A DNA stretch of 64,000 bases from an uncultured Chloroflexia bacterium (GTDB lineage: Bacteria > Chloroflexota > Limnocylindria > Limnocylindrales > CSP1-4): contig CAVOMZ010000016.1 in the NCBI GenBank assembly GCA_963697135.1, positions 152,801 to 216,800 of the forward strand, in the 5' to 3' direction. Of the stretch, positions 47,567-59,563 are shown piece by piece. How positions within the stretch are numbered: position 1 is the stretch's first letter; the number at the start of each line of letters is the position of its first letter. Below the pieces are notes generated by a model. The model saw only the letters and a list, made by a program, of their open reading frames with translations. It ran no database searches and was not told the DNA's origin. The position numbers were made by a program, and so were the translations under genes.

Positions 47567-49010
47567 CCGCGGCGGGCACCCTCCCGGCCCGCTCGGCCCT
47601 GGCCAGGATTCGGCCACGCAACCGCCGGCGCGAGTCCGGCCTGCTGGTGATCGTGGCCCTGGTGATCCTGACCGGGAGCATCTCCCTCGGGGCGACGCAG
47701 CGTGAGCTGGCCGGACAGGTGCCATCGTGGCTGCCGGCCGATGCCGGCCAGCTGCTGGTCTATCTCGGGGTGCTCCTGGCCGCCCACCTGGCCCTGATCG
47801 TCTCCGGCCGGCGGTCGGACCAGATCCTCCTGCCCACGGTCGGCCTGCTCGGCGGGATCAGCCTGCTGCTGATGGAGCGGCTGCCCCAGTCGCTCGTCTC
47901 GCAATCGATCGGAGGGCGGAACGTTCGGCCTGGCCTCGATCCAGCTGGCCTGGCTCGTCCTGGCCATCGTCGTGATCACGGTCCTGGCGATCGCCGTCCG
48001 TTCGGACGCCTGGCTCAGGCGCTACAAGTACACCTGGGCGGCCGCCGGGATCGCCCTCCTCCTGCTGACCTTCCTGTTCGGCAACGAGGTCAACGGAGCG
48101 CTCCTGACGATCCAGATCGGCCCGTTCAGCGGCCAGCCGACCGAGTTCATCAAGGTGATCCTGGTGATCTTCCTGGCCGGCTACCTGTCCGAGTTTCGGC
48201 CGCTCCTGGTCGATGCCAGCATGCGGCTCGGGCCGTTGACCCTGCCGCCCGGTGCCGTACCTCCTGCCGATGTTCGCGATGTGGGCGATGGCCCTCGGGA
48301 TCGTGGTGATCCAGCGCGACCTCGGGGCCGCCCTGCTCTTCTTCGCCGTGTTCCTCGCCCTGGTCTACATCGCCACGTCCCGGGCGAGCTACGTCGTCCT
48401 CGGCCTGCTCCTGTTCGTGGCCGGCAGCTTCATCGCCTACCAGCTCTTTCCGACGGTCCGCGACCGGGTCGACATCTGGTTCAACCCGTTCCTCGACGCC
48501 TCTGGCAAGGGCTACCAGGTCGTCCAGTCGCTGTACGCCTTCGCCCGGGGCGGGATCATGGGCACGGGCCTGGGGGCGGGCCTGCCGCTCGTCTCCGGTC
48601 GCCTGCCGGTCCCGGCGATCCACACGGACTTCCCGCTGGCCGCCCTGGGCGAGGAGCTCGGCCTGGTGGGGGTCATCGCGATCCTCGGCCTGTACCTCGT
48701 CCTGATCGAGCGGGGCCTGCGGATCGCGGCTTCGGCCGCCGACGACTTCCGGGCCCTCCTGGCGGCCGGCCTGACCCTCGTGGTCGGAGTCCAGGCCTTC
48801 ATCATCGCGGCCGGCAACCTGAAGCTGATCCCGCTGACCGGGGTCACCCTGCCGTTCATCAGCTACGGCGGCTCGTCCCTGCTGGCCAATGGGGTGGCGA
48901 TCGGCCTGCTCCTCGCCCTGTCCGACCGGGGTGTCGAACCGCCGCCGCCGCCCGCGCCGGCCGGTCCCGCCCGGGGACGCTTCCGCCGGGGCAGGGGAGC
49001 CGCCCGATGA
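47563..49010 (+). CDS. rodA: SEDS family RodA/FtsW (frameshifted)
   Basis: QPTEFIK, QRDLGAAL, GYQVVQS, HTDFPL and IPLTGVTLPFISYGGSS. Confidence 0.85.
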
Positions 49011-50509
49011 GCGGCCTCAACCGGCCCGATTCGGCGCCGCTCGGCCGGGGAATCGCCCGGGTCGGCCTGATCCTGACGATCGTCCTCGGGCTGATCGCGG
49101 TGGGGGCCGGCTACTGGCAGGTCGTCCGGGCCTCCGAGCTCAGCCGGGCGCCGGACAACCCGCTCGTGATCGCCGCCGCCCGGAACACGATCCGGGGCCG
49201 GATCCTGGATCGGAACGGCGCCATCCTGGCCACGAACAAGAACGATGCAACGGGCACGCCCTACCGGATCTATGCCGATCGGTCGCTGTCGCCCGTCATC
49301 GGCTACGCCTCCACGGTCTACGGCACGGCCGGTCTCGAACGGTCCTACAACGCGGAGCTGTCGGGCCTCGGCAATGCCAACTCCCTGGACGATCTGCTGC
49401 GCAAGTTGGGTCCCCGCCAGCGCCAGGGCGACGATCTCGAGGTGAGCCTGTCGCTCCAGCTCCAGAAGGCCGCGGCCAAGGCCCTCGGCTCGGATCGCGG
49501 AGCGGTGGTCATGCTCGATCCGCGGACCGGCCGGGTCCTGGCGATGGCCTCCACGCCGGACTTCGACGCCAATGCGATTGCCAACCCGACCACGGCCGCG
49601 GCCGCCTTCCGGCGGACCTCGGCCGCGGCCGGCCAGCCATTCCTGAACCGGGCCACGATGGGCCTGTACGTGCCGGGCTCGGTCTTCAAGATCGTGACCT
49701 CGATCGCCGCCCTCGGCTCGGGCGCGATCACGGCCGCCACGACCTATCCGGAGCAGCCCCCGGCCGAGTCGACCGGTCTCCTCGTGTCCGGCTTCCGGAT
49801 CCACGACGGGCACCACGACTTCACCGGCTCGACGGCCCTCAACTACGACCAGGCGATCGAGGTCTCGTGCAACATCTACTTCGCCCTGACCGGGCTGCGG
49901 ACCGGCGGAGCGGCCCTGACCGACTGGGCCGCCCGAGCCGGGTTCGGGGCGCCGATCCCGTTCGACCTGCCGACGGCGGCCAGCCAGGTGACGAACGGTG
50001 GTGGGTCGTACGGCGGCGGCTTCACCGATGACGTCGAGCTGGCCAACGCGGCCTACGGCCAGGCCGAGACCCTGGTCACGCCGCTCCAGATGGCCCTGGT
50101 CGCGGCCAGCGTGGCCAACGGCGGGGTCCTGATGAAGCCCCAGCTGGTGACCGCGATCGACGGCCCGAGCGGCCGGAGCACGATCGATCCCGAGGTCTGG
50201 CGGACGGTCATGCCGCCTTCCGTCGCGAGCACGATCGGCTCGGCCATGCAGCTGGCCGTCGAAAGCCCCTGGGGCCGAATCTTCACGACCGGCGCGGCGA
50301 TCCCGGGGATCCCCACGGCGGGCAAGACCGGAACGGCCCAGATCGGCGGAGCGGCCGAACCGAACTCGTGGTTCATCGGCTACGCCCCGGCCAACCAGCC
50401 GGAGGTCGCGATCGCGGTGATCGTCGAGCAGGGCGGCCACGGCTCGGCCCGGGCCGCGCCGATCGCCGGCTCGCTGATGAGCCTCTGGCTCAAGACCCTC
50501 AACCGATGA
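49007..50509 (+). CDS. pbpA: Class B penicillin-binding protein (PbpA-like)
   Basis: RGRILDRNG, SxxK (PGSVFK), SCN and KTGTAQ. Confidence 0.9.
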   Translation: MSGLNRPDSAPLGRGIARVGLILTIVLGLIAVGAGYWQVVRASELSRAPDNPLVIAAARNTIRGRILDRNGAILATNKNDATGTPYRIYADRSLSPVIGYASTVYGTAGLERSYNAELSGLGNANSLDDLLRKLGPRQRQGDDLEVSLSLQLQKAAAKALGSDRGAVVMLDPRTGRVLAMASTPDFDANAIANPTTAAAAFRRTSAAAGQPFLNRATMGLYVPGSVFKIVTSIAALGSGAITAATTYPEQPPAESTGLLVSGFRIHDGHHDFTGSTALNYDQAIEVSCNIYFALTGLRTGGAALTDWAARAGFGAPIPFDLPTAASQVTNGGGSYGGGFTDDVELANAAYGQAETLVTPLQMALVAASVANGGVLMKPQLVTAIDGPSGRSTIDPEVWRTVMPPSVASTIGSAMQLAVESPWGRIFTTGAAIPGIPTAGKTGTAQIGGAAEPNSWFIGYAPANQPEVAIAVIVEQGGHGSARAAPIAGSLMSLWLKTLNR

Positions 50510-50701
50510 GCCCTCCGAGGCCGGGCCGGCCGCATCCTCGAACGCCTCGGGCTGGCCCTCGTCGCGATCGTCCTGGCCGTCCTGTTCGGGGGGATCGCGG
50601 TCGCGTCCTGGATCGGCGGGGAGCTGTTCCTGGCCGTGATGGGCGCGGTCGGCTGCGGGATGACCCTGTGGGTCGGAGCGCTCACCCTGTTCCGGGGCTG
50701 A
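50506..50701 (+). CDS. Small two-TM membrane protein (frameshifted start)
   Basis: ILERLGLALVAIVLAVLFGGIAVASWIGGELFLAVMGAVGCGMTLWVGALTLFRG*; ATGA overlap with pbpA. Confidence 0.6.
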
Positions 50702-50731
50702 GCCGGGCCGGACGCTGCGCCGGGGCTGCGA

Positions 50732-53450
50732 TCAGCCGTCCAGGTCGTCGCGGGCAGCGCCCTGGGCGTCCTCGCGCCGGCGCCGGGCGGTCTGCTCGAG
50801 GAGCTTGGCCACGAGGGCGGTCCAGCCCGTCTGGTGGCTCGCCCCGACGCCTCGACCGGTGTCGCCGTCGAAGTACTCGTAGAACGGGATCCGATCGATC
50901 CAGGCCGGATCCGGCTGGAGCCGGGCGTCCGGGCCGAGCACCGGTCGCTGCCCGTCGTCACCGCGCAGGAAGAGCGCGGTCAGCCGGTCGGACAGGGTCG
51001 CCGCCACCGTGTCCAGGTCGACCTTCCGGCCGGAGCCCGGCGGCAGCTCGACGGTGAGCTCGCCGCCGTGGTAGTGGTGGAAGGTCAGGAAGGCCTCGAC
51101 CAGGAGGTAGTTGATCGGGAACCAGACCGGCCCGCGCCAGTTCGAGTTGCCCCCGAACATGCCCGTCCGTGATTCGGACGGCTCGTAGTCGATCGTGGCC
51201 ATCACCCCGCCGGGCAGGGTCACGCTGACCGGGTGGGCCAGGTGCTCGCGGCTGAGCGAGCGAATGCCGTACGGACCGAGGAACTCGTCGGGATCGACGA
51301 TCCGGCGGGTGACGGCCTTGAGCCGATCGCCGTGGACGAGGGAGAGCAGCCGCCGCTCCCCGACTCCGGGCTCGGTCCAGCTGGCCACGTTCCGGGCGAG
51401 CTCCGGCCGATTCTTCAGGAACCAGGCCATCCGCCGCCGGAAGTCGGGCAGGCCCCCGACCACGCCCGGCTCGAGGACCTGGACCGCCAGGAGCGGGATC
51501 AGCCCGACGATCGATCGAACCCGGAGCGGGACGACCTCGCCTGACTCGAAGTGGAGCACGTCGTAGTAGAAGCCGTCGGTCTCGTCCCAGAGCGAGATGC
51601 CCATCCCGCCAAGGTTGTTGAGGGCCCCGGCGATGTACAGGAAGTGCTCGAAGAACTTCGTCGCGATGTCCTCGTAGACCCGGTCGTTGCTGGCCAGCTC
51701 GAGGGCGATCGAGAGCATGTTCAGGCAGAACATGCCCATCCAGGCGGTGCCGTCTGCCTGGCCGAGATGGGCCCCGTTCGGGAGCGGCGCATCGCGGTCG
51801 AACAGGCCGATGTTGTCCAGGCCGAGGAAGCCCCCCTGGAACACGTTGTAGCCGTCGAGGTCCTTGCGGTTGACCCACCAGGTGAAGTTGATCAGGAGCT
51901 TGTGGAAGACCCGCTCGAGGAAGTCGAGGTCGCCCCGGCCGGTCATCCGGCGCTCGATCTGGTAGACCCGCCAGGCGGCCCAGGCGTGGACCGGCGGATT
52001 GACGTCCCCGAAGCGCCACTCGTAGGCGGGCAGCTGGCCATTCGCGTGCATGTACCACTCACGGGTCAGCAGGATCAGCTGGCTCTTGGCGAAGACCGGG
52101 TCGATCAGGGCCAGGGTCACCGCGTGGAATGCCGAGGTCCCAGGCGGCGAACCAGGGGTATTCCCAGTTGTCGGGCATCGAGATGATGTCCCGCACGTTC
52201 AGCTCCCGCCACTCCGCGTTGCGGCCGACCCGGCGGCTGGCCGGAGGCGGCGGAAAGGCCGGGTCGCCATCGAGCCACTGGCCGACGTCGTAGTGATAGA
52301 ACTGCTTGCACCAGATCAGTCCGGCGAAGGCCTGGCGCTGGACGGTCCGTTCGTCGGCGGTCAGGTCGGCCCCGCCGAACCCGGCGTAGAACGTGTCGGC
52401 CTCGGCGACCCGGGCGCTGAAGGTCTCCTCGAACGCATCGAAGGGATCCGCCGCCAGCCGCTCGGCCAGCTCGGCCGGGCCGAGCCGGAGGCGCAGGCGC
52501 AGGGTGACCCTCGAGCCCGGCTCGACCAGGAAGCGGTGCCGGCTGGCCGCCTTCGAGCCGGTCCGGGCCGGGTTGACGGCGCCGCCCTCACCCTCGACGA
52601 CCGCCCGGTGGAAGGCGTCCTTGACGTACGGTTGGGAGTTGGGCGTGCCCCACAGGCGCTCGGCGTTCGTCTCGTTCTCGGTGAACAGGAGCTCACCCTC
52701 GGCGTCCACGTCGAGCCGGATCCGGCCGAGCCGGTCGTCGGCGCCGACAATCGTGCGGGGATCGGGCCCCGGCTCGAGCTGCGGCCGGCTGCCACCCCGG
52801 CCCCACGACCAGGTGTTCCGGAACCAGAGCGTGGGTAGGAGCTGGATCGGGGCCGGCTCCGGCCCCCGGTTGTCGACCTGGATCCGGACCAGGATGTCGT
52901 TCGGGTCGCGCTTGGCGTACTCGACCCCGACATCGAACCAGCGGCCATCGGCCAGGGCGCCGGTGTCGACCAGCTCGTACTCGTCATCGGCCTTCGTCCG
53001 GCGGGCGTTCTCGGCCACGAGATCGGCGTAGGGAAATGCCCCCTGGGGATAGGCATAGGCGGCTTTCAGATAGCTGTGGCTGGGCGTTCCGTCGAGGAAC
53101 CAGTAGAGCTCCTTGACGTCCTCGCCGTGGTTGCCCTCCGGCCCCGACAGCCCGAAGGGGCGCTCCTTGAGGATCGGGTCGTTTTCGTTCCAGAGGGCCA
53201 GGGCGAAGCACAGTCGGCCGTGGTCGTCACTCAGGCCGAGCAGGCCGTCCTCGCCCCAGCGGTAGGCCCGCGAACGCGCCTGGTCGTGGGTCAGGTAGGT
53301 CCACGGCTCGCCGTTGGCCGAGTAGTCCTCGCGGACCGTGCCCCACTGGCGGCTCGAGAGGTACGGGCCCCAGCGCTCCCAGTGGGCCGATCCGGCATCC
53401 CGCTCGGCCAGCCGGCGCCGCTCCGCATCGCGCTCGATCCTCGGCTTCAT
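50732..53450 (-). CDS. GH63 / MGH1-like glucosidase (frameshift near 52130)
   Basis: [54 protein letters not shown] and GASHQTGWT. Confidence 0.9.
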
Positions 53451-53634
53451 CGGCCGTATCGTGCCCCGTCCGCCGATCCGGCGCTCGACAGGTGGACGGA
53501 ACGTCACGGGTTGAACCGGTTGATCGTCCGTGGCGTAGGATCACCCGACACATCCAGCCCATGAACCGGTCGCCGCCCCGGTTATCAGCCCAGCCGGCCA
53601 GCCAGCCTCCGGCACCCGTCACCGAGGGAGCCCG

Positions 53635-54645
53635 ATGACGCAGATCCAGGAAACGGGCGAGAAGGTCGCCGCCAACGTCGAGCGCGTGATCGTGGGCAAG
53701 CACCACGAAGTCCGCCTGGCCATGGTCGCCCTGATGTGTCGGGGCCATCTCCTGATCGAGGACGTGCCGGGGACCGGCAAGACCGTCCTGGCCAAGGCGA
53801 TCGCCCGCAGCCTGGGCTGTTCATTCCGGCGGATCCAGTTCACCCCGGACCTGCTGCCCTCGGACGTGACCGGCCTGTCGATCTACAACCAGAAGACCCA
53901 GGAGTTCGAGTTCCGGCCGGGCCCGATCATGGCCCAGATCGTGCTCGCCGACGAGATCAACCGGGCCACCCCGAAGACCCAGTCGAGCCTCCTCGAGTGC
54001 ATGGAGGAGCGGCAGGCCACGATCGACGGCACGACCTACCCGATGCCCGACCCGTTCCTCGTCATCGCGACCCAGAACCCGATCGAATATGAGGGCACGT
54101 TCGCCCTGCCCGAGGCCCAGCTCGACCGATTCATGATCCGGCTCCGCCTGGGCTATCCGCAGCCGGCCGAGGAGGCCGTGATCCTCGACGAGCAGAAGGT
54201 GACCCACCCGCTCGACGAGCTCGAGGAGGTCTGCTCGAACGACGAGCTGCGGGCAATGCAGGCCGCGGTGCGCGAGGTCTACGTCGACGGCTCGGTCAGC
54301 GACTACATCGTCCGCCTGGTCAACGGCACCCGGAGCCATGCCGACGTCTACCTCGGCGCCTCGCCCCGCGGCTCGCTCGCCCTGTACCGGGCCAGCCAGG
54401 CCTACGCCGGCCTGCTCGGCCGGGACTACGTCATCCCGGACGATGTCAAGGCCCTGGCCGAACCGACCCTGGCCCATCGACTGATCATCAAGACGAGCGC
54501 CACGATCCACGACGTCCAGCCGGCCCAGATCGTCCGCGAGCTGCTCGACACGATCCCGGTCGGGGCGCCCTCGCAGACCCTCCGCGGCCCGCGCGAGATC
54601 CAGGCCGCGACCGATCCGAGCGCGACCGGGCAGCTGGCGCGCTAG
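53635..54645 (+). CDS. moxR: MoxR-family AAA+ ATPase
   Basis: [35 protein letters not shown] and [11 protein letters not shown]. Confidence 0.95.
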   Translation: MTQIQETGEKVAANVERVIVGKHHEVRLAMVALMCRGHLLIEDVPGTGKTVLAKAIARSLGCSFRRIQFTPDLLPSDVTGLSIYNQKTQEFEFRPGPIMAQIVLADEINRATPKTQSSLLECMEERQATIDGTTYPMPDPFLVIATQNPIEYEGTFALPEAQLDRFMIRLRLGYPQPAEEAVILDEQKVTHPLDELEEVCSNDELRAMQAAVREVYVDGSVSDYIVRLVNGTRSHADVYLGASPRGSLALYRASQAYAGLLGRDYVIPDDVKALAEPTLAHRLIIKTSATIHDVQPAQIVRELLDTIPVGAPSQTLRGPREIQAATDPSATGQLAR

Positions 54646-54657
54646 GGACACGTCCTG

Positions 54658-55863
54658 GTGGTCCGCCGCCTGCCGATCATCGCGCTGGCCATCGTCCTGG
54701 TCCTTGCTGCGTTCTCGTCAGGCCTGCCCTTCCTCTTCTACCTGCTCTACCTGGGCATCCTTGTCGTCGGCGGGAGCTATGTCCTGACCCGCCTGGGCCT
54801 GGCCGACCTCGAGGCGGGCTACGCGGTCGGCCAGGTCAGCGGGCACGTCGGCGAGCAGCTCAAGGTGACGTACACCCTGCGCAACGCCGGCCGCCTGCCC
54901 AAGCCCTGGCTGGAGGTCCACAACCCGACCAGCCTGCCGGTGGCGATCCCGGGCCGGGCGATCGGGATCGGGTCGCGGGCCGAGCGGTCCTGGATCGCCC
55001 GGGTTCCGCTGACCCGTCGAGGCCACTTCCGGATCGAGCCGCTCCAGGTCCGGACCGGCGACCCGTTCGGCTTCTTCGAGGCCTCGGCGGTCGTGGGCCA
55101 GCCGGTCAGCCTGGTGGTCTACCCCAGGATCGACGCCCTGCCCCTGTGGCGGCTGCCCTCGGCGAACATCGAGGGCAGCCACGCCGCCCCGGAGCGGACT
55201 CTCCAGACCAGCCCCCTGGCCACGAGCGTCCGGCCCTATGCCCCGGGTGATGGCTTCAACCGGATCCACTGGAAGTCGACCGCCCGGCAGGGCGAGATCC
55301 AGGTCAAGGAGTTCGACCTGGAGCAGACGGCCGACGTCTGGCTGTTCCTCGATCTCGACCGGCGGGTCCAGCAGGGCAGCGGCCAGACCTCCACGGTCGA
55401 GCTGGCCGTTCGGGCGGCAGCCTCGATCGCGGCCAAGTCGCTCAACGAGAACCGGGCGGTCGGGCTGACCGCCTACGGCCACCGGATGTCCGTCCTGCCG
55501 GCCGACCGGGGTGGGCGGCAGTACCTGAAGATGATGCAGCTCCTGGCGGCGGTCGAGGGCGACGGCTCGAGCCCGCTCGTCGAGGGCCTCCTGGCCAGCC
55601 TGCCCCGGCTCCGGCGGGGGATGACCGCCGTGGTCGTCACCCCCTCGCTCGACCGGACCTGGGTCCGGCCCTTGGCCAGCCTGCGTGGGCGCGGGATCGC
55701 CGCGGTCGTGGTCGGCGTCCGCGACCACGCCCCGGACAGCTCGGAGCCGGTCAGCCCCGAGGCCCGGGCCCTGGGCTACGCCCTGGCCGAGTACGAGCTG
55801 CGGACGTACCTGATCAGTCCCGAGCAGGCCCTCGGCGTCCAGCTCGCCCGGGTCGGTCGATGA
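54658..55863 (+). CDS. DUF58 domain protein
   Basis: GDPFGFF, VRPYAPGD..RIHWKSTAR...VKEF. Confidence 0.9.
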   Translation: MVRRLPIIALAIVLVLAAFSSGLPFLFYLLYLGILVVGGSYVLTRLGLADLEAGYAVGQVSGHVGEQLKVTYTLRNAGRLPKPWLEVHNPTSLPVAIPGRAIGIGSRAERSWIARVPLTRRGHFRIEPLQVRTGDPFGFFEASAVVGQPVSLVVYPRIDALPLWRLPSANIEGSHAAPERTLQTSPLATSVRPYAPGDGFNRIHWKSTARQGEIQVKEFDLEQTADVWLFLDLDRRVQQGSGQTSTVELAVRAAASIAAKSLNENRAVGLTAYGHRMSVLPADRGGRQYLKMMQLLAAVEGDGSSPLVEGLLASLPRLRRGMTAVVVTPSLDRTWVRPLASLRGRGIAAVVVGVRDHAPDSSEPVSPEARALGYALAEYELRTYLISPEQALGVQLARVGR

Positions 55864-58216
55864 CGATCCGGCGAGCGGGACATTCCCCGCCGGCCGGCCG
55901 AGGGCTGGGTCACCCTGCTCCTCGTCTACGTCCTGGCCTACTGCCTGGCCTGGTCGCTGGCGGACTCCCGCTGGGTCCTCGGCCGGTTCGAGCTGACCTC
56001 GTTCCTGCCGGTCGCCGCGGCCGGCGGGGTGGCCTGGGGCTTCATCTCGGCCAAGGTCGGCTGGTCACGCTGGCTGGCCCACGGGCTCGGAGCAATCCTG
56101 GCCGGCCTGATCCTGCCGATCATGGTCGGCGGGGTCATGCTCAATGGCAACTTCGCGCCCGGGCCGGCCTTCACGACCACGGCCGACTCGGTGATTTCGG
56201 CCTACCTCGACCTGGCGTTCCTGGGCAAGGCCTTCACCCAGCAGTACGGCCACTTCATCCTCGTCCTGGCGATCCTGTGCTGGGCCAACGGCCAGTTCAC
56301 GAGCTATGCCGTGTTCGGCCATCACCGGCCGCTCAATGCCGTGATCATGAGCGGGGTCGTCCTCGTCCTGAACATGAGCCTGACCCTCGACGAGCAGCTG
56401 GGCATCCTGATCTGGTTCAGCCTGGCCGCGATGTTCCTGCTGATCCGCCTCCACGCCCTCGACGAGCAGTCGAGCTGGCTGCGCCATCGGCTGGGCGATG
56501 CGGGCTCGCTCTCGAGCTTCTACCTGCGGGGTGGCACCGCCTTCATCGTGGCCGCCGTGCTGGGCGCCCTCGTCCTCACCTCGACCGCGGCCTCGGCGCC
56601 CCTGGGCAGCCTCTGGCGGGGGATGGACCAGCACCTGGTCGAGCTCACCCAGGGACTCGAGGCCGTCTTCCGGGGCGGCGGACCCGGGACCCGGATCTCG
56701 CCGGTCGACTTCCTGCCGACGACCCGGATCTCGGGCAACTGGACGACCGACGAGACGCCGGTCCTCTCGATCAAGGTCCCGGACAAGGGCAACTACCACT
56801 GGGCGGCGGTCGCCTACGACACGTTCGACGGCGAGGGCTGGAGCATCGCCCGGCCGCAGCAGACGGCGGTCGCGGCCGGCACGAGCATCGTCGCCGGCTC
56901 CCTCGACGATCCGTCCGGCCTGCTCGACCAGAAGTCGATCAACGTGACGGTGACCGAGCTTGGATTTCGACCCGGATGCGATCTTCTCGCCCGGTGCCCC
57001 GGACAAGGTCTCGGTGGCAACCACGGCCTCCTTCGTGGGGACAGCCCCCGATCGCTACCTCGGAACCGTGACGAAGAGCGGGGTGACTGAGTACCAGGTG
57101 ACGGCTTCGGTCCCGGACTTTGCCGCGGACGCCGACCCGGGCTCGGTCGAGGCCGGCCTGACTGCCAACAAGCTGCGGGTGGCCGGCACGGCCTACCCCA
57201 GCGTCGTCCTGGCCAACGACCTCCAGCTCGACCCGACCGTGGCCAGGGGTCCGAACACCGTGAAGCTCCTGGCCGCGATCAAGGCGGCCCATCCCGAGGC
57301 CGCCAAGGATCCCTACGACCTGAGCGCGGCGATCGATTCCTATCTCAAGAGCGAGGGCGGCTTTCACTACCAGACCGACATGACCAACGTCGATTGCGGC
57401 AACGACGGCGTCGTCGAGTGCTTCGCCACGTTCAAGCGCGGCTTCTGTGAGTACTACGCCAGCACGATGGTCGTGCTCCTGCGGATGGAGGGCGTGCCGG
57501 CCCGTTTCGTGACCGGCTTCCAGCCCAGCTCGCCGGTGAACGGGGTCGAGACGATCCTCAAGAGCGCCGCCCATGCCTGGGTCGAGGTCTACTTCCCGAG
57601 CTACGGCTGGGTGCCCTTCGACCCGACCGGCGGCGGGGTCGGGCAGGACCAGGGGATTGTCCAGGGACCCCGGGTCACGCCCCTGCCGACGGTCCAGCCG
57701 ACCCCCGCGGGGACGTCCCAGGCCGACCCGAACGACCCGCTCCACACCCCCGACCGAGGTGACAACAGTGGTGCGGGAGCGATCGGCTCGACCAACGGCG
57801 GCGGCCCAGGAACTGGTGGTTTCGTGGTGATCGGGCTGCTCCTGGCGGCGGTCATGGGCGTGCTCGTCCTGTTCGCCTGGCAGCGCGGCCCGCGGACGCC
57901 CGAGGAGCCCGACAAGATCTATGGCGGGATCGTCGGCCTCGCCCGGCGGTTCGGCTTCGGACCGCGGCCGAACCAGACGGTCTATGAGTACGCCGGCTCG
58001 CTGGGCGACATCCTGCCCGGATCCCGGCCGGACCTGAACGTCGTGGCCCGGGCCAAGGTCGAGGTGGCCTACGGCCGGCGAACCCTGGAACCATCCCGGA
58101 TCGACGCCCTGCGCCAGGCCCAGCGCCACCTCAGGGTGGCCCTCTTCGGGCTGATCTTCCGGCGCTCCGAACGGAAGGCCCGCGGCCGCAACCGAGCGGG
58201 GGCGGGTAGGCTCTGA
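55860..58216 (+). CDS. Membrane transglutaminase-like protein (TgpA type; frameshifted)
   Basis: Multi-TM N-terminus, catalytic GFCEYYA, AHAWVEVYF and FDPT. Confidence 0.9.
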
Positions 58217-58349
58217 GCCCGTCGGCGGCTGAGCTCCTCGGCCGGGACCCTCGGGCAGGCCTCGTGACAAAGCCCTCCTCAACCAGGTCCCTCGGCCAAG
58301 CCGGATCCATGGCACGATTGGTCGCCCGCACCGCCCACAGGAGCCGACC

Positions 58350-59563
58350 GTGAACCGCTTCGAGCCGAACCTCCGAATCCCGGGACCGACCGCCCTGCCA
58401 CCGAGCGTCCGCGAGGCCGGCGGCCGGCAGATGATCAACCACCGGGGACCCGAGTTCGCGGCGATGCTCGGCCGGATCCTGGCCCGGATGAAGCCGTTCT
58501 TCGGAACGACCAGCGACGTCGCGATCCTGTCCTGCGCCGGATCGGGCGGCCTCGAGGCGGCCGTCGTCAACACCCTCTCGCCGGGCGACAAGGTGCTGGG
58601 CGTCTCGATCGGCTCGTTCGGCGACCGGATCGCCAAGATCGCCCAGGTCTACGGCGCCGACGTGACCAAGCTGTCGATCGAATGGGGCCAGGCGGCCGAC
58701 CCGACCGAGCTCCGCGACGCACCTCGAGGCGCATCCCGGCTATCGGGCGGTCCTGCTGACCCACAACGAGACCTCGACCGGGGTGATGAACCCGATCGCC
58801 GAGCTGGCGGCCGTGATCCGCGACGGTCCAGCCCGAGGCCCTGATCATCGTCGACAGCGTGTCGGGCCTGGGCGCGGTCCCGTTCGAGATGGACGCCTGG
58901 GGCATCGACGTCGTCGTGACCGGCTCGCAGAAGGCCTGGATGGCGGCCCCCGGCCTGGCCATGGTCGCCGCCTCCGAGCGGGCCTGGGCGGCGATGGAGA
59001 CGGCCACGATGCCCCGCTTCTACCTCGACCTGCGCAAGCACCGCGAATCGCACGCCCTCGGGCAAACCCCGTGGACGCCGGCGATCGCCGTCGTCTACCA
59101 GGTCGACGCCGGGCCTCGAGCTGATGGAGGCCGAGGGCGCCTCGGCGATCTTCGCCCGGCACGAGACGTGCGCCGCGGCGGCCCGGGCCGGGCTGTACGC
59201 CCTGGGCTTCGAGCTGTTCGCGGATCCCGCCCACTTCTCGCGGACGGTCACCGCCGCCCGGGTGCCGGAGGGCTTCGACTGGAAGGCGATCAACGGGGCG
59301 GTCAAGGCCGAGGGCGTGGTCCTGGCCGGCGGCCAGGGGCCGCTGACCGGCCAGATCTTCCGGCTCGGCCACCTCGGCTCGGTGACCCTCGGCGAGATCC
59401 TCGATGCGATCGGCGTCCTCGAGGAGGTCTCGATCCGGTTCGAGCGGGCCGGTCCAGCCCGGAGCCGGGATCGCGGCAGCCCAGGCCGCCGCCCTCGAGA
59501 CGGATGGGCGATCGGCCCGACGAGCCGAGCGGCGGTCCTGGCTGGCGGCGTCGACCGCGGTGA
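58350..59563 (+). CDS. Class V PLP aminotransferase (alanine-glyoxylate/serine-pyruvate type; frameshifted)
   Basis: IPGPT, HRGPEF, THNETSTG, VDSVS, GSQKAW and FRLGHLG. Confidence 0.9.
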
